The position numbers and the translations under genes are program-made. Positions 11,757 to 24,000 of a stretch of 64,000 bases of DNA are shown piece by piece (position 1 is the first letter of the stretch; each line of letters starts with the position of its first letter). The notes beneath the pieces are model-generated. The model worked only from the letters and a program-made list of their open reading frames with translations, was not told where the DNA came from and ran no database searches. The DNA is from Torpedo marmorata (lineage: Eukaryota). The DNA is taken from the NCBI GenBank assembly GCA_977017645.1, contig OZ360219.1:112406001-112470000 (forward strand), in the 5' to 3' direction.

Positions 11757-13100
11757 CACAAGATAAAGGAACAGAAGTAGGCCATTCGGCCCATCGAGTC
11801 TGCTCCGCAACTCCACCCTAAGCTAAACTATTCTCACATCTAATTCCAATTTCTGCCCTTTTCCCTATATCCCTTGATATCCTGACTAACTAGATACCTA
11901 TCAATCTCCAGCTTAAAATCCGCCAATGATCAGGCCTCCACAGTTGTATTTGGCAACAAATTCCACAAATCCACGACCCTCTGGCTAAAGGAATTCCTCC
12001 TCATCTCGGCTCTAAATGGGTACCTTCTAATTCTAAGACTGTGCCCTTTTGTCCTGGATTCACCCACCAAGGGCAACATCTTATTCACATCTACTCTGTC
12101 CAATCCTTTCAGCATTCGAAATGTTTCTATGAGATCCACTCTCATTCTTCTACACTCCAATGAATATAGTCCAAGAGCCACTAAACGTTCCTCATATGTT
12201 AGCCCTTGCATTCCAGGAACCATCCTGGTAAATCTTCTCTGTACTCTCTCCAACATCATTACATCCCTTCTAAGATAAGGGGCCCAAAACTGCACACAGA
12301 ACTCCAAATGAGGTCTCACCAGTGCCCCATAGAGCCTCATCAACACTTCTTTACACTTTTACACTATTCCTCTTGAAATGAATGTCAACATAGCATTCGC
12401 TTTCTTTACTGCCGATCCAACCTGGTGGTTAACCTTTAGGTTATCCTGCACGAGGAACCCAAGTCCCTTTGCACTTCCAAATTTTGAATTTTCTCCCCAT
12501 CCAAATAATAATCTGCCTGTTTATTTCCTCTTCCAAAATGTACAACCGTACATTTCTCAACATTGTATCTCATCTGCCATTTCTTTGCCCACTCTCCTAA
12601 GCTGTCCAAGTCTCTCTGCAACCTTTCCGTTTCTTCAACATTTCTTACTCCACCACCTATCTTGGTGTCATCTGCAAACGTAGCCACAAAACCATTCAAT
12701 GCATAATCTAAATCATCTATATACATAGTAAAAAGAAGCGGCCCCAACACCGAGCCTTGCGGAACACCACTAGTAACCGGCAACCAACCAGAACACGATC
12801 CCTTTATTCCCACCCTTTGCTTCCTGCCTATCAGCCAATGCTCCACCCAATCTAACATCTTTCCTGTAATTCCATGGGCTCTCATCTTATTAAGCAGCCT
12901 CTTATGTGGCACCTTATCAAAGGCCTTTGGAAAATCCAAATACACAACATCCACAGCCTCTCCCTTCTCCATCCTACTTGAGATTATCTAAAAAAATTCC
13001 AATAGGTTGGTCAGGCAGGATCTTCCCTTCATGAAACCATGCTGGCTTGGAAACTATCATGTCATGCACCTCGAGGTATTTCATAACCTCGTCCTTGAGG
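11757..13100 (-). mobile_element. 5'-truncated, frameshifted CR1 LINE nested in another CR1-like fragment (~11655-11750 and ~13105-13200, +)
   Basis: VYLDFPKAFDKVPH, GVPQGSVLGP, FADDTK, LVRPHLE motifs; the flanking plus-strand fragments read as one continuous LINE linker sequence. Confidence 0.9.
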
Positions 13101-16100
13101 GTCAACTTTAGAGCAAAAGGATAGTAAGGGACAAAATTGGTCCCCTTGAAGATCAGAGTGGTCGGCTTTGTTTGGAGGCAAAAGAGATGAGGGAGATAAC
13201 AAAGATCCAGCTACCTTTTTCTAACTGGCATCTTTCACTCTCACAGGCCTTCCTGACAACTTGCGCAACTGAATGCAGACAATACCATGTTTATTTGTCT
13301 CATTTCAATACATCTATAGGGAATGGCATGGTGGTTAAATCAAACTTTACTTCCCCCACCCATATGACATTTTAAATAATTGAATTGAATTGTAGGTAGC
13401 TCAAATAGAACTTTAATTACAATGTACTCAGGGGGTGATGTTTGAATGCACCAACGTGGCTGCAAGCTGACAGTAAATTAACCCAGAAAAAGAGTATGCC
13501 ATCAACATTGGAGCTTGTTTTGACTTTTTAAACTTTTATTCCAAATAAATCTCTCTCCTCCCCCGCCAGCACAACCTAACAACCAATTTAATGCACGACT
13601 AAAGATTTACAAGTAATTTAATTCTTTCTAGTCTACAAATTTTACTTTCATGTTAAGTGGTGCGTTTAATCATTTTTTTGTTGACTTTCTTAACTACGAT
13701 ATTAATCTATTCAAGAGCAAAAGATGATAGTAATTCAATCTATATCAGCAACAGTAAGAATACAGAATCACAAAAATGCTATACAATTCCCAATAAAGGC
13801 AGATTTTGTCCAGGTTGTGGAATTACTTTGATGACCTTAATATAAAAGGAACAATCAACTTCATGCAACCCATATATCCCATTTCCTAAACAAGTTCTAG
13901 CCTTCTTCTAAGGCTGGTTGAAATAACATGGGTGGTTGTGTTCAGAACAAACAAAATAGGAACAGTAAGATGCATGTTTACATGAGCTTGCTCTGCCATT
14001 CAGTAGAATCATTGGTTATCCTAAACCTCATTTCAATTCATCACTCCAACTTCTTGCCCAATCTTCCTATGTGTTGATTCCATTAAGAATCCAAGGATCC
14101 CATGATAATGCTAAGATGACTGAGCATCTACATCCTCTTTGGAGGCAGAGAATTCCAAAGATTGAGGAAAACCCCACAAAGAAATTTTTCTTCGTCTTAG
14201 TTCTAAATTATTGATCTTTATGCTGAGATCATGCCTCCTCCACTTCAAGAGTCTTTAGCCAAAGCAACAAACTTTGCCTGGCTCACAGGAAAAAGAATCT
14301 CAGGGTTGGAAGTGATGTCATGTAAGTACTCTGACAATAAATTTTAACTTTGAACATTTCCTCTCATTCTTCTAACCTCCAGTTGAGAATAGACCAATGT
14401 TGTTTAACCTCATCTCAAAAGAAATTCCCTGTTCCCATGAATAAATCTGGTGAACCTCTACTACACTTGTTCTTTAGGTATGAAGACCAAAATTGCACAG
14501 AGTATTCCAAATTTGGTCCATAGGAGTCTTGAACTTAAAATTCTATTTTCTGATAGTTAACCTCCAGCATAATGGACAGTTGTGCTTTTGGATAAGTAAA
14601 CTGTAGGGTTTCAATGGTAAAGCTGTTCCTGTTGTTATGGACCATGGACTGACCTTTTGGACTGTGGACTGTCATTATAAAGGATGGAATTCTGCTGAGA
14701 ACTCTGTGTGACTTGTGGTACAGTGAGTGCTGACTCGCCAAGGTCGAGCTGTGCAGACAGAGAGACAATGGAACGGCAGTTGGAGCAGAAGTTGGAGCGG
14801 AGTTTGAGCAGCAGAATGGCAGAGGGCAGCTGGAGAGCTGTGTGAAATGCACATGCCTCACAAGTGAGGAAGGGTTAAAAACCACACTTTGAGAACCAAA
14901 GGAAGTAATCTGAGGAAGCCTGTAAAAGGACTCGTAAGCTTACTGCAACGCAACATCAGTCATTTCTCTCTCCAACGTTCAATACAATGTCCTTTGTTAT
15001 CAGTTAAAGAACTGAACTTGGACATTGAACTTTGAGATTCAATTTTGTGGACTGTGATTTTGGACTGACTTACTTGACAGACTGACCTTGGGTTTTGGGG
15101 ATTTTTCCTTTTTGAATATTGGGCACAGACTCTAATGGTCTGGGTTTTTCACATACACACTGTTCATAAATATATGATATCTGTATATTTGCTATAGATA
15201 CTTATAGTGGGGTTAATTGTGTTAAGACATTATATTTATTAATGACCATTAACAATATAGAGTTAAAATTGAACCCTTTTGAATTGCGTCTTCTGTTGTT
15301 GCTGGTTTGAGTTGTAATAAAATGGGGGCTCGTCATCCGGGGTACAAACAAATTTGGGAGCTTAGAGGTCGATTGATTAGTGATCAATCATCTGAGTCTG
15401 AATCAAGCTGGAGCTTGGTGATTGATGGAATTCCAGTCTGGTCAAGGAAATTCCTTTGGTAAAGATAATTAAAAGCAAGTGTGTGTGTGAAATCAACAGC
15501 AACAAACCAGCAGCCATGGATATAGAGGGATTTTTGGCATTACCCTTTCTTGAGAATTTGAAAAAGGCTAAAAAGCACGAGTTGGTGAATATTGCCAACA
15601 AGTTGGCAATTGCTTCAGTAGAACCACAAATGAAAAAGGTGGAGATTGGCAGGAAAATTGCAAAATACTACATAGAAGAGCGAAAGTTTGACAAAGAAGT
15701 GTTATAACAGTTTCCCAAGGGTAAAACCTCTGAGAAAATACAGTTGGAATTAAAGGGATTAGAATTGGAGGCAGCTGAGAAACAGAAGAGATTAGAATTG
15801 GAGGCAGCCAAAAGACAAGAGATTGGAAATGGAACTGAGGATATTAGAACTAGAGGCAGAGGAGAAAATTAGGCTACATGAGCTGGAAAAGATTAGAGTG
15901 GAAAATGACAGGAGAAAAGAAGAGACCCGAGATCAAATTCTTGGTCATGGTGAGGGGTTTATGGTCAATAGAGAAGTTAGGTTGGTTCCTCCATTTGAGG
16001 AAGCTGAGATAGATAAATATTTCCAGCATTTTGAAAAAGTGGCTGTGAATTTAAATTGGCCACAAAACCAATGGTCTCTTATGTTACAAAGTGCAATTAA

Positions 16101-17024
16101 AGGGGAAGCTCAACAAGCTTATTCTGCCCTTACCACAGAGCAAGCTGCTAATTATGAAATTGTGAAAAAAAAGCTATACTCCAGGCTTATGAGTTAGTTC
16201 CAGAGGCTTTCAGACAGAAGTTCAGGAATTTTAAAAAATCAACAACCCAATCTTATTACAGATTTTGCTTATGAAAAGGTTGTGTGTTTTGACCAGTGGT
16301 GCACATCGAAGACTGTAAATAATGATTATAATCGATTGAGAGAACTGATAATAATTGAGGAGCCTTTTTCCTGATGATATTAAAGCATACTTGGATGAGA
16401 AGGAGGTGAAAACTTGGCAGGAGTCAGCTAAGTTAGCAGATGAATATGCTTTAACACATAAGCCTAAGTGGACGTCAGGCAAGATTTTTCAAAAGTGCAC
16501 TGTGGATAATCCAAGTAAGGTGGAGAGTAAATTTGGAAGTAGCATTAGGAGTAAAGATGAATGGAAGTTGGTAAAGGAAAAACCTTCGGGTCCCCTTTGC
16601 CACTACTGTAAGAAGGCTGGTCACATGATAGCAAGTTGTCCTGTGCTGAAAAAGAAGAGAAAAAGAGGTAGCACCGAATGCTTGTATTCAAATTGAGAAG
16701 AGGTATAAAAACCAAGAAGGAACTAAATTTACTGATAAAATTAGGGATGTATTCAAACCTTTTGTGACTGAGAGTTTGGTTTCAGTTAAAGAAGAGTTAA
16801 AACAAGTGCCAGTGAAAATCTTGCGAGATACTGGGGCTGCTCAGTCACTTGTGTTAGACAGTGTTTTGGAATTTGGTGAAGAAACTGACTCCGGCAAAAT
16901 AAATTTGATTAGAGGTATCGGGGGTGATACTGAGCCCATTCCTTTGCACAGAATAGTGTTAAAATCAGCCTTGGTCAATGAACCTAATACAATAGGAGTG
17001 AGGTTGAATTTGCCAGTGGAAGGA

Positions 17025-20000
17025 GTCATTGGGGACTCCATCGTCAGGGGAACAGACAGAAGGTTCTGTGAACCTGACAAATGTTCCCGCATGGTGTGTT
17101 GCCTCCCAGGAGCCAGGGTGCGAGATGTCTCGGATAGGGTTCAGAGTATCCTGGGGGGGGAAGGTGAACGGCCAGAAGTCTTGATACACGTGGGAACAAA
17201 TGACGTGGATAAGATGAAGGAGGAGATCCTGAAGAGGGACTACCGTGAGCTCGGAAGGAGGTTAAGAAGCAGGACCTCCAGGATTGTAATCTCGGGGCTG
17301 CTACCTGTGCTGTGCGTGGGTGGGGGTAAAAATAATAAAATAATAAAATCAGGAGGTTAAATGCGTGGCTGAAGGAATGGTGCAGAGTGCAGGGATTCAG
17401 GTTCATAGACCATTGGGATCTCTTCTGGGGGAGACAAGACCTCTACAGGAGGGATGGTTTACACCTGAATACTAAGGGGGCCAATATACTGGCAGTTCGG
17501 TTTAATGATGCTGTTGGATTTGATTTAAACTAATTTGGCAGGGGGAAGGGATCAGGACTGATAGGGAAGAAGATAGGAGAGTGAATATAGACGGTGAAAC
17601 CATAAGGAAAAAGGGAACTATGAGTGATAGGAGAGTAGGGGCGATTGCATCAGGATCAAAGGTGGAGGGAGAAGGGAGATATGGTATCAAGGTATTGTAT
17701 ATGAATGCACGGAGTGTAAGGAATAAAATGGATGAGCTTGAGGCGCAAATGGCAATAGGAGGTTATGACATTATCGGAGTAACGGAGACATGGCTGCAGG
17801 AGGGACAGGATTGGGAAATAAATGTTCCAGGGTACACGTCCTATAGAAAGGACAGAAAGTTAGGAAGAGGTGGTGGGGTAGCTCTGTTGGTAAGTAATGA
17901 AGTTCAGGCGTTTGAAAGGAAAGACATTGAAACAGGTGGCGTAGAGTCTGTTTGGATAGAATTAAGAAATTGCAAAGGCATAAAGACCATAATCGGGGTC
18001 ATTTACAGGCCTCCAAATAGTAGCTCAGATATAGGAAGTAGTATAAATCAGGAATTAAGAGTGGCATGTCAAAGTGGTAGCAATACAGTAGTTATGGGGG
18101 ACTTCAACATGAAGGTGGACTGGGAAAAACAGATGGGGGCAGGAAAACAAGAGAGTGAGTTTATAGAATGTCTACAAGACACATTCTTGGAGCAGCTAGT
18201 GGAGGAACCTACCAGGGGGAAGTCGATTCTGGACTTGGTGCTGTGCAGCGACGCAGAGTTAATAAGCGACCTCGAGGTAGGGGTACCATTAGGGAATAGT
18301 GACCATGGTATGGTTACTTTTGATATTCAACTGGAAAGGGAAAAAGAAAGGAAGTCGGAAGCATCTATACTGCAGTTAAATAAAGGAGATTATGCAGCTA
18401 TGAGGGAAGAGCTAGCCAAAATAAAATGGAATAATACACTAGCTGGGAGGACAACTGGGGAAAAATGGCAGGTATTTTTGAACATTTTTCGCAGGATTCA
18501 GGATAAATTCATTCCAAAGTGGAGGAAAGGCTCAAGGAGATGCAAAAGGCAGCCGTGGCTAACTAAAGAAATCAAGTGTATTATCAAGTCCAAAGGGAGT
18601 AAGTATAAGATAGCGAAGCGGAGTGGGAAGCTTGAGGATTGGGAAACCTTCAAAGAACATCAGAGGGTAACTAAGAAAGTCATACGGGAGGGGAAAATGA
18701 AGTATGAGAAGAAATTAGCAAGTAATATAATAGAGGATAGCAAAAGCTTTTTTAAATATGTGAAGAGGAAGAAATTGGTTCGGTCTAAAATTGGTCCATT
18801 AAGAATGGAAAAGGGTGAAATTATTACTGAAAACAAGGAAATGGCTGAGGAATTTAACAAATACTTTGCATCTGTCTTCACCAAGGAAGATATAAGTGAT
18901 GGTCAGTTAGGGAGTAGTGGTCATGCGGTATCAGGAGACTGGGGGAACTTTCCTGGGGAAGTAGGGAATCTGATAGATATTAGGATCCAGAAGCAGGAGG
19001 TTGAGAGTAAATTGTTGGGACTGAGGGCTGATAAATCCCCAGGGCCTGATGGGCTGCATCCCAGGGTGCTTAAAGAGGTTGCTCTGGAAATTGTGGAGGC
19101 ACTGGTCGACATTTTCCAAAGCTCCATAGATTCGGGGGAGGTACCTGTGGATTGGAGAGTGGCTGATGTGGTGCCGCTTTTTAAGAAGGGAGGGAGGGAA
19201 AAAACGGGTAATTATAGACCAGTCAGCCTGACGTCAGTGGTGGGGAAGATATTGGAATCCATCATAAAAGGAGTAATAGCAGAACACTTAGGCAGAAATA
19301 ATAGTATAAGGGCTAGTCAGCATGGATTCCTTAAGGGTAAGTCATGCTTGACTAACCTTCTGGAATTTTTTGAAGATGTGACAAAGAGGGTGGACTTGGG
19401 AGAGCCAGTGGATGTGGTGTATTTGGACTTCCAGAAGGCCTTTGATAAGGTACCGCACGGGAGACTAGTGGGCAAGATCAGGGAGCATGGTATTGATGGT
19501 AAGGTGCTGACGTGGATAGGAAATTGGTTAAGAAATAGGAAACAAAGGGTTGGGGTAAGCGGGTCTTTTTCAGGATGGCAGGATGTGACGAGTGGAGTGC
19601 CGCAGGGATCGGTGTTGGGTCCTCAGTTGTTTGTCATTTATGTAAATGATTTGGATGATGGGATTATTAATAACTTGAGTAAATTTGCAGATGACACTAA
19701 ACTGGGTGGCGGTGTAAAGTGTGAAGAGGATGTCAGGAAAATGCAGAGGGACTTGGACAGGTTGGGGGAGTGGGCTGAAGAATGGAAAATGAAGTTCAAT
19801 GTGAGCAAATGTGAGGTTATCCATTTTGGGGGCAGTAATAGGAAAGCAGAGTATTATCTAAATGATGACAAGCTAGGGAGTGGGGAAGTGCAAATGGATC
19901 TGGGTGTACTTGTTCACCAGTCACTGAAGGCTAACATGCAGGTACAGAAAGCTGTGAAGAAGGCAAATGGCATGTTGGCTTTCATAAAGAGGGGATTGGA

Positions 20001-20623
20001 CTATAGGAGCAGAGACGCCCTTCTGCAGTTGTACAGGGCCCTGGTGAGACCCCACCTGGAGTATTGCGTCCAGTTCTGGTCTCCAAATTTGAGGAAGGAC
20101 ATACTAGCTATAGAGGGTGTGCAGCGCAGATTTACAAGGTTAGTTCCAGGAATGGCAGGGTTGGCATATGCTGAAAGGTTAGAAAAACTGGACTTATATT
20201 CGATGGAGTTTAGGAGGATGAGGGGGGATATGATTGAGGTTTACAAAATTATCAAGGGGATAGACAGGGTGAAGTCAGATTACTTGTTCCCAATGATGGG
20301 AGAGACGAGGACTAGAGGGCATAGTTTAAGAATTCAGGGAAGGCCCTTTAGGACGGAGATGAGAAAAAATTTCTTTAGCCAGAGAAGTGTGAATCTGTGG
20401 AATGCTCTGCCACAGAGGGTGGTAGAGGCAGATTCGCTGATTATGTTCAAAAGAGAGTTAGATAAGACTCTAATGGGCAGAGGATTTAAGGGTTATGGGG
20501 ATAAGGCTGGTAAGGGGTACTGATAGTAGTGATCAGCCATGATCTGTAAAATGGCGGTGCTGGCTCGACGGGCCGAAGGGCCTACTCCAGCTCCTATTGT
20601 CTATTGTCTATTGTCTATTGTCT
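17025..20623 (+). mobile_element. CR1 LINE with partial esterase-type ORF1, intact ORF2 and (CTATTGT)n tail, inserted in Gmr1 copy A
   Basis: ORF1 motifs VIGDSIVR, CLPGARV, IHVGTND (SGNH); ORF2 17581-20523; tandem 7-mer tail ~20594-20623. Confidence 0.95.
17581..20523 (+). CDS. CR1 ORF2: APE endonuclease plus reverse transcriptase, 980 aa, uninterrupted
   Basis: YMNARS, GVTETW, MGDFN, SDH (APE); YRPVSLTS, YLDFQKAFD, PQGSVLGP, FADD (RT). Confidence 0.93.
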   Translation: MNIDGETIRKKGTMSDRRVGAIASGSKVEGEGRYGIKVLYMNARSVRNKMDELEAQMAIGGYDIIGVTETWLQEGQDWEINVPGYTSYRKDRKLGRGGGVALLVSNEVQAFERKDIETGGVESVWIELRNCKGIKTIIGVIYRPPNSSSDIGSSINQELRVACQSGSNTVVMGDFNMKVDWEKQMGAGKQESEFIECLQDTFLEQLVEEPTRGKSILDLVLCSDAELISDLEVGVPLGNSDHGMVTFDIQLEREKERKSEASILQLNKGDYAAMREELAKIKWNNTLAGRTTGEKWQVFLNIFRRIQDKFIPKWRKGSRRCKRQPWLTKEIKCIIKSKGSKYKIAKRSGKLEDWETFKEHQRVTKKVIREGKMKYEKKLASNIIEDSKSFFKYVKRKKLVRSKIGPLRMEKGEIITENKEMAEEFNKYFASVFTKEDISDGQLGSSGHAVSGDWGNFPGEVGNLIDIRIQKQEVESKLLGLRADKSPGPDGLHPRVLKEVALEIVEALVDIFQSSIDSGEVPVDWRVADVVPLFKKGGREKTGNYRPVSLTSVVGKILESIIKGVIAEHLGRNNSIRASQHGFLKGKSCLTNLLEFFEDVTKRVDLGEPVDVVYLDFQKAFDKVPHGRLVGKIREHGIDGKVLTWIGNWLRNRKQRVGVSGSFSGWQDVTSGVPQGSVLGPQLFVIYVNDLDDGIINNLSKFADDTKLGGGVKCEEDVRKMQRDLDRLGEWAEEWKMKFNVSKCEVIHFGGSNRKAEYYLNDDKLGSGEVQMDLGVLVHQSLKANMQVQKAVKKANGMLAFIKRGLDYRSRDALLQLYRALVRPHLEYCVQFWSPNLRKDILAIEGVQRRFTRLVPGMAGLAYAERLEKLDLYSMEFRRMRGDMIEVYKIIKGIDRVKSDYLFPMMGETRTRGHSLRIQGRPFRTEMRKNFFSQRSVNLWNALPQRVVEADSLIMFKRELDKTLMGRGFKGYGDKAGKGY

Positions 20624-21076
20624 AACTGTGAAGGCTTTGTTAAACTTTTTCACCTTGGTTGGCCTGCCTAGAGAAATTCAGTCAGATCAAGGGAGTAATT
20701 TTGTGTCAGGCCTATTCCAACAAGTGGTTTATGAATTGAGAGTTACGTAGATTGTATCTTCTGCATACCATCCAGAGAGTCAAGGGGCCTTGGAGAGGTT
20801 CCATTCGACCCTGAAAAACATGATGAGAACTTATTGTTTTGAGAATGAAAAGGATTGGGATGAAGGGTTCATTTGCTTTTATTTTCAGTGAGGGAGTCTG
20901 TCCAAGAATCACTTGGTTTTAGTCCATTCGAGTTGGTTTTTGGACATGAGGTGAGAGGACCTTTAATGTTATTAAAGGAACAGTGGGTTAATAATGATGT
21001 GCATTTTAATTTGTTGGATTATTTCTTTAAATTTAAGGATTTGTTGCATAAAGCTTGTGAAATGGCAAAGGAGAAT

Positions 21077-24000
21077 TTCTTTATTTTTCCATCTTTTTAT
21101 TGTTTTTTTGAGAAAAAAAATTCAAATACATATGATATAAAGTTCAGGTAAAAGTAAAATAAAATTACAGATAGTAAACAATGGTAAACAAGATACATAT
21201 GACCCATGTTATTGATTAAAAAAAAGGAAAAGAAAAAAAAATCTACAACTAATCTAATTTCTAACCCCAACCTATTATAAGAGCGATTCCTATTTAAGCC
21301 AGGTGTCGACTACTAATTTCAATACTAATAGTTCAGGAATTGAAGAAAAAGAGAAAAAAATTAAAAAGATTTTTAATAACAAGCAAAAATAATTGATCTA
21401 TAAATTTTGAAAATAATTGAAAAAATAACCCCAAAGCGAAAAAAATGTAATACTCGTTTTAGTAGTTAAGCACCTAATTTTCTCTAGAGAGAGGGATGCC
21501 ATCAAATCCAATAACCATTGTGTATGTGTGGGAGGGACAACATCTTTCCACCACAGCAAAATTAGCTTTCCAGCAATCAGGGAAGCAAAAGCAACTACAT
21601 GGGATTGAGATGAAGTCAAAATTAAGTCCATTGGTCCACTCATTCCAAAAATAGCAATAAAAGGGCTCGGGGACAAATTTATATCAAGAATTAAAGATAG
21701 TGTACTAAATATCTCTTTCCAGTAGTTACAAATGGAGGGACAGAACCAAAACATATGATATAAAGTACCTTCCTGAGTTGTACACTTATCACATTTAGAG
21801 GATATATTAGGGTAAAATTTAACTAATTTAACTTTGGAATAGTGGGCCCTATGGACTACATTAAATTGTAATAAGGAATGTCTAGCACAGAAACAGGATG
21901 AATGTACATTTTTCAAAATAGACTCCAATGTATCTTCAGCAAACAGTTGTTGAAAGTCATGTTCTCAAACTTTCTTAATGTTAGATAAAGAACTATCGCT
22001 GTGTAGCCAACTGCTACGAAGAAACACACACACGCAGTGAGGAAGGTTTAGCTCTCTGCTTTATTGAGGCTGGAAATGCTTCTTTAAAACAGTTGGAGTT
22101 CCCGCCGTTTGGTTGATTGGTTGACATTAGCCGCATGAATAACAATAGCAGGCGGGAACGTTCTTGCATATGAATACCCTTCTTCCACAGCCTGGTAATT
22201 GATCTGTTAGCTGGGCAGCTTGGCCAGCACCATTTTAGGGCTGCTGGTCTTGTACTGCTCCAGCTTTCAACCGCGCCGGTTCACTATGCTAAGGGTTGCG
22301 TTACAGTGTGTTATGCCGCTGTTTACTACCACATGATGTGCCGGCTCAATCTCCGCGGTGGCGGGCCGCCACATGACACACCCCCAGAACCGGCGCTACA
22401 GTTCATAGTGTCCGCGGATGCAGTCCCCAATGTCTTTGGTAGTCTGCCTCTGTGCCGAGATGCTGGCGTCTCCACGGGTTGTGTCGGTTCCGTGTGTGCC
22501 GGCTTGAGCCTGTCTGCGGTGAAGACCTCTGGTTTGCCACCGATGTCCAGTTCGAAGGTGGCCCCGTTGTTCCAGACGACTCAGAAGGGGCCTTCGTAGG
22601 GCTTCTGTAGCGGTGGACGGTGTGGCCCTCTGCGTACGAACACATACTCACAGTCTTGGAGTTTTTATGGATGTTGAACTTGGCTTGCCCGTGTCTGGAG
22701 GGTGGGATCGGAGCCAGGTTACCGACCTTTTCCCGCAGCCTGTCCAGGAAGGTGGTTGTATCCTCCTGTTGACCTCTGGCCGGTGGGACGAAATCCCCGG
22801 GGACCATGAGTGGAGCTCCGTAGACGAGCTCGGCGGAGCATGTGTGGAGGTCTTCCTTCAGGCTGTACGAATCCCCAGCAGTGCCCATGGCAGTTCGTCA
22901 ACCCAGTTGGGGCCCTTGAGTCTGGTAATAAGGGCGGCCTTGAGGTGCCTGTGGAAGCGCTCAACCAGCCCGTTAGACTGCGGGTGGTATGCTGTCGTGT
23001 GGTGCTCAGCGCCCCACAGGTTGGCAACATCAGTCCACAGGCTGGAGGTAAATTGTGCGCCTCTGTCAGAGGTTATGCGGCGTGGTAGCCCGAACCTTGC
23101 TACCCAGGATGAGATGAGTGCCTTGGCGCAGGACCTGGTGGATGTGTCGGCCAGGGGGATTACTTTTGGCCACCAGGTGAAACGGTCGACCACCGTGAAC
23201 AGGTAGCGGAAACCCTGTGAGACTGGTAAGGGTCCCACTATGTCCGCGTGAATGTGGTCAAACCTTCACTGCGTTGGCTCGAAAGGCTGCGGGGGGACCA
23301 TGGTGTGCCACTGTACCTTGGCTGTTTGGCAGTGTGCACATCTTGGCTCATCTGCTGACTTGTTTCCGCAATCCATAACACGCGTACCTGCTGGCCACCA
23401 ACCGGACCGTGGTCCTGATTGATGGATGTGCCAGCCCGTGGATGGAGTCGAAAATTCGTCGCCTCCATGCCGTTGGGACGTTAGGTCGAACCTGCCCAGT
23501 GGCCATGTCGCACAGGAGGGTAGTGTTACCTGTGCCGACTGGAATGTCCTGAAGCTGCAGCCCCGAGACGGCGGTCCTGTACTGAGGCACCTCGTCGTCC
23601 TGCTGCTGTGCCTCCGCCAGTGCCACGAAATCCAGTCCGTTAGCCAGAGAGTGGATGCTCTGTCTCGACAAGGCGTCCGCGACCATGTTGTCTTTTCCCG
23701 AGATGTGCCTTACGTCGGTGGTGTACTCCAAGACGTAAGACAAGTGTCTCTGCTGGTGGGCTGAACAGGGATCGGAGATCTTGGCCAGGGCGAACGTCAG
23801 TGGCTTGTGGTCCGTGAAAGCCCTTCCCTTTTGGAAGTACCGGAAGTGGCGGATGGCTAAGTACAGCGCCAGTTGCTCTCTGTCGAAAGCTCTGTACTTT
23901 AGCTCAGGGGGCCGCAGATGTTTGCTGAAGAAAGCTAGTGGATGCCAACTTCCTTCTATCTGCTGCTCCAGAACTCCACCAATCGCCGTTCCTGAGGCAT

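Larger units (their letters stand above)
14633..21076 (+). mobile_element. Gmr1-type Gypsy LTR retrotransposon, copy A (5' LTR 14633-15319, tRNA-Pro PBS ~15323, gag, protease, partial integrase; 3' part missing)
   Basis: LTR begins TGTTATGGACCATG like copies B and C; PBS TGGGGGCTCGTC; LVPPFEE and SCAN-like gag, CHYCKKAGHMIASC, ILRDTGA, integrase GFSPFELVFGHEVRGP. Confidence 0.88.
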
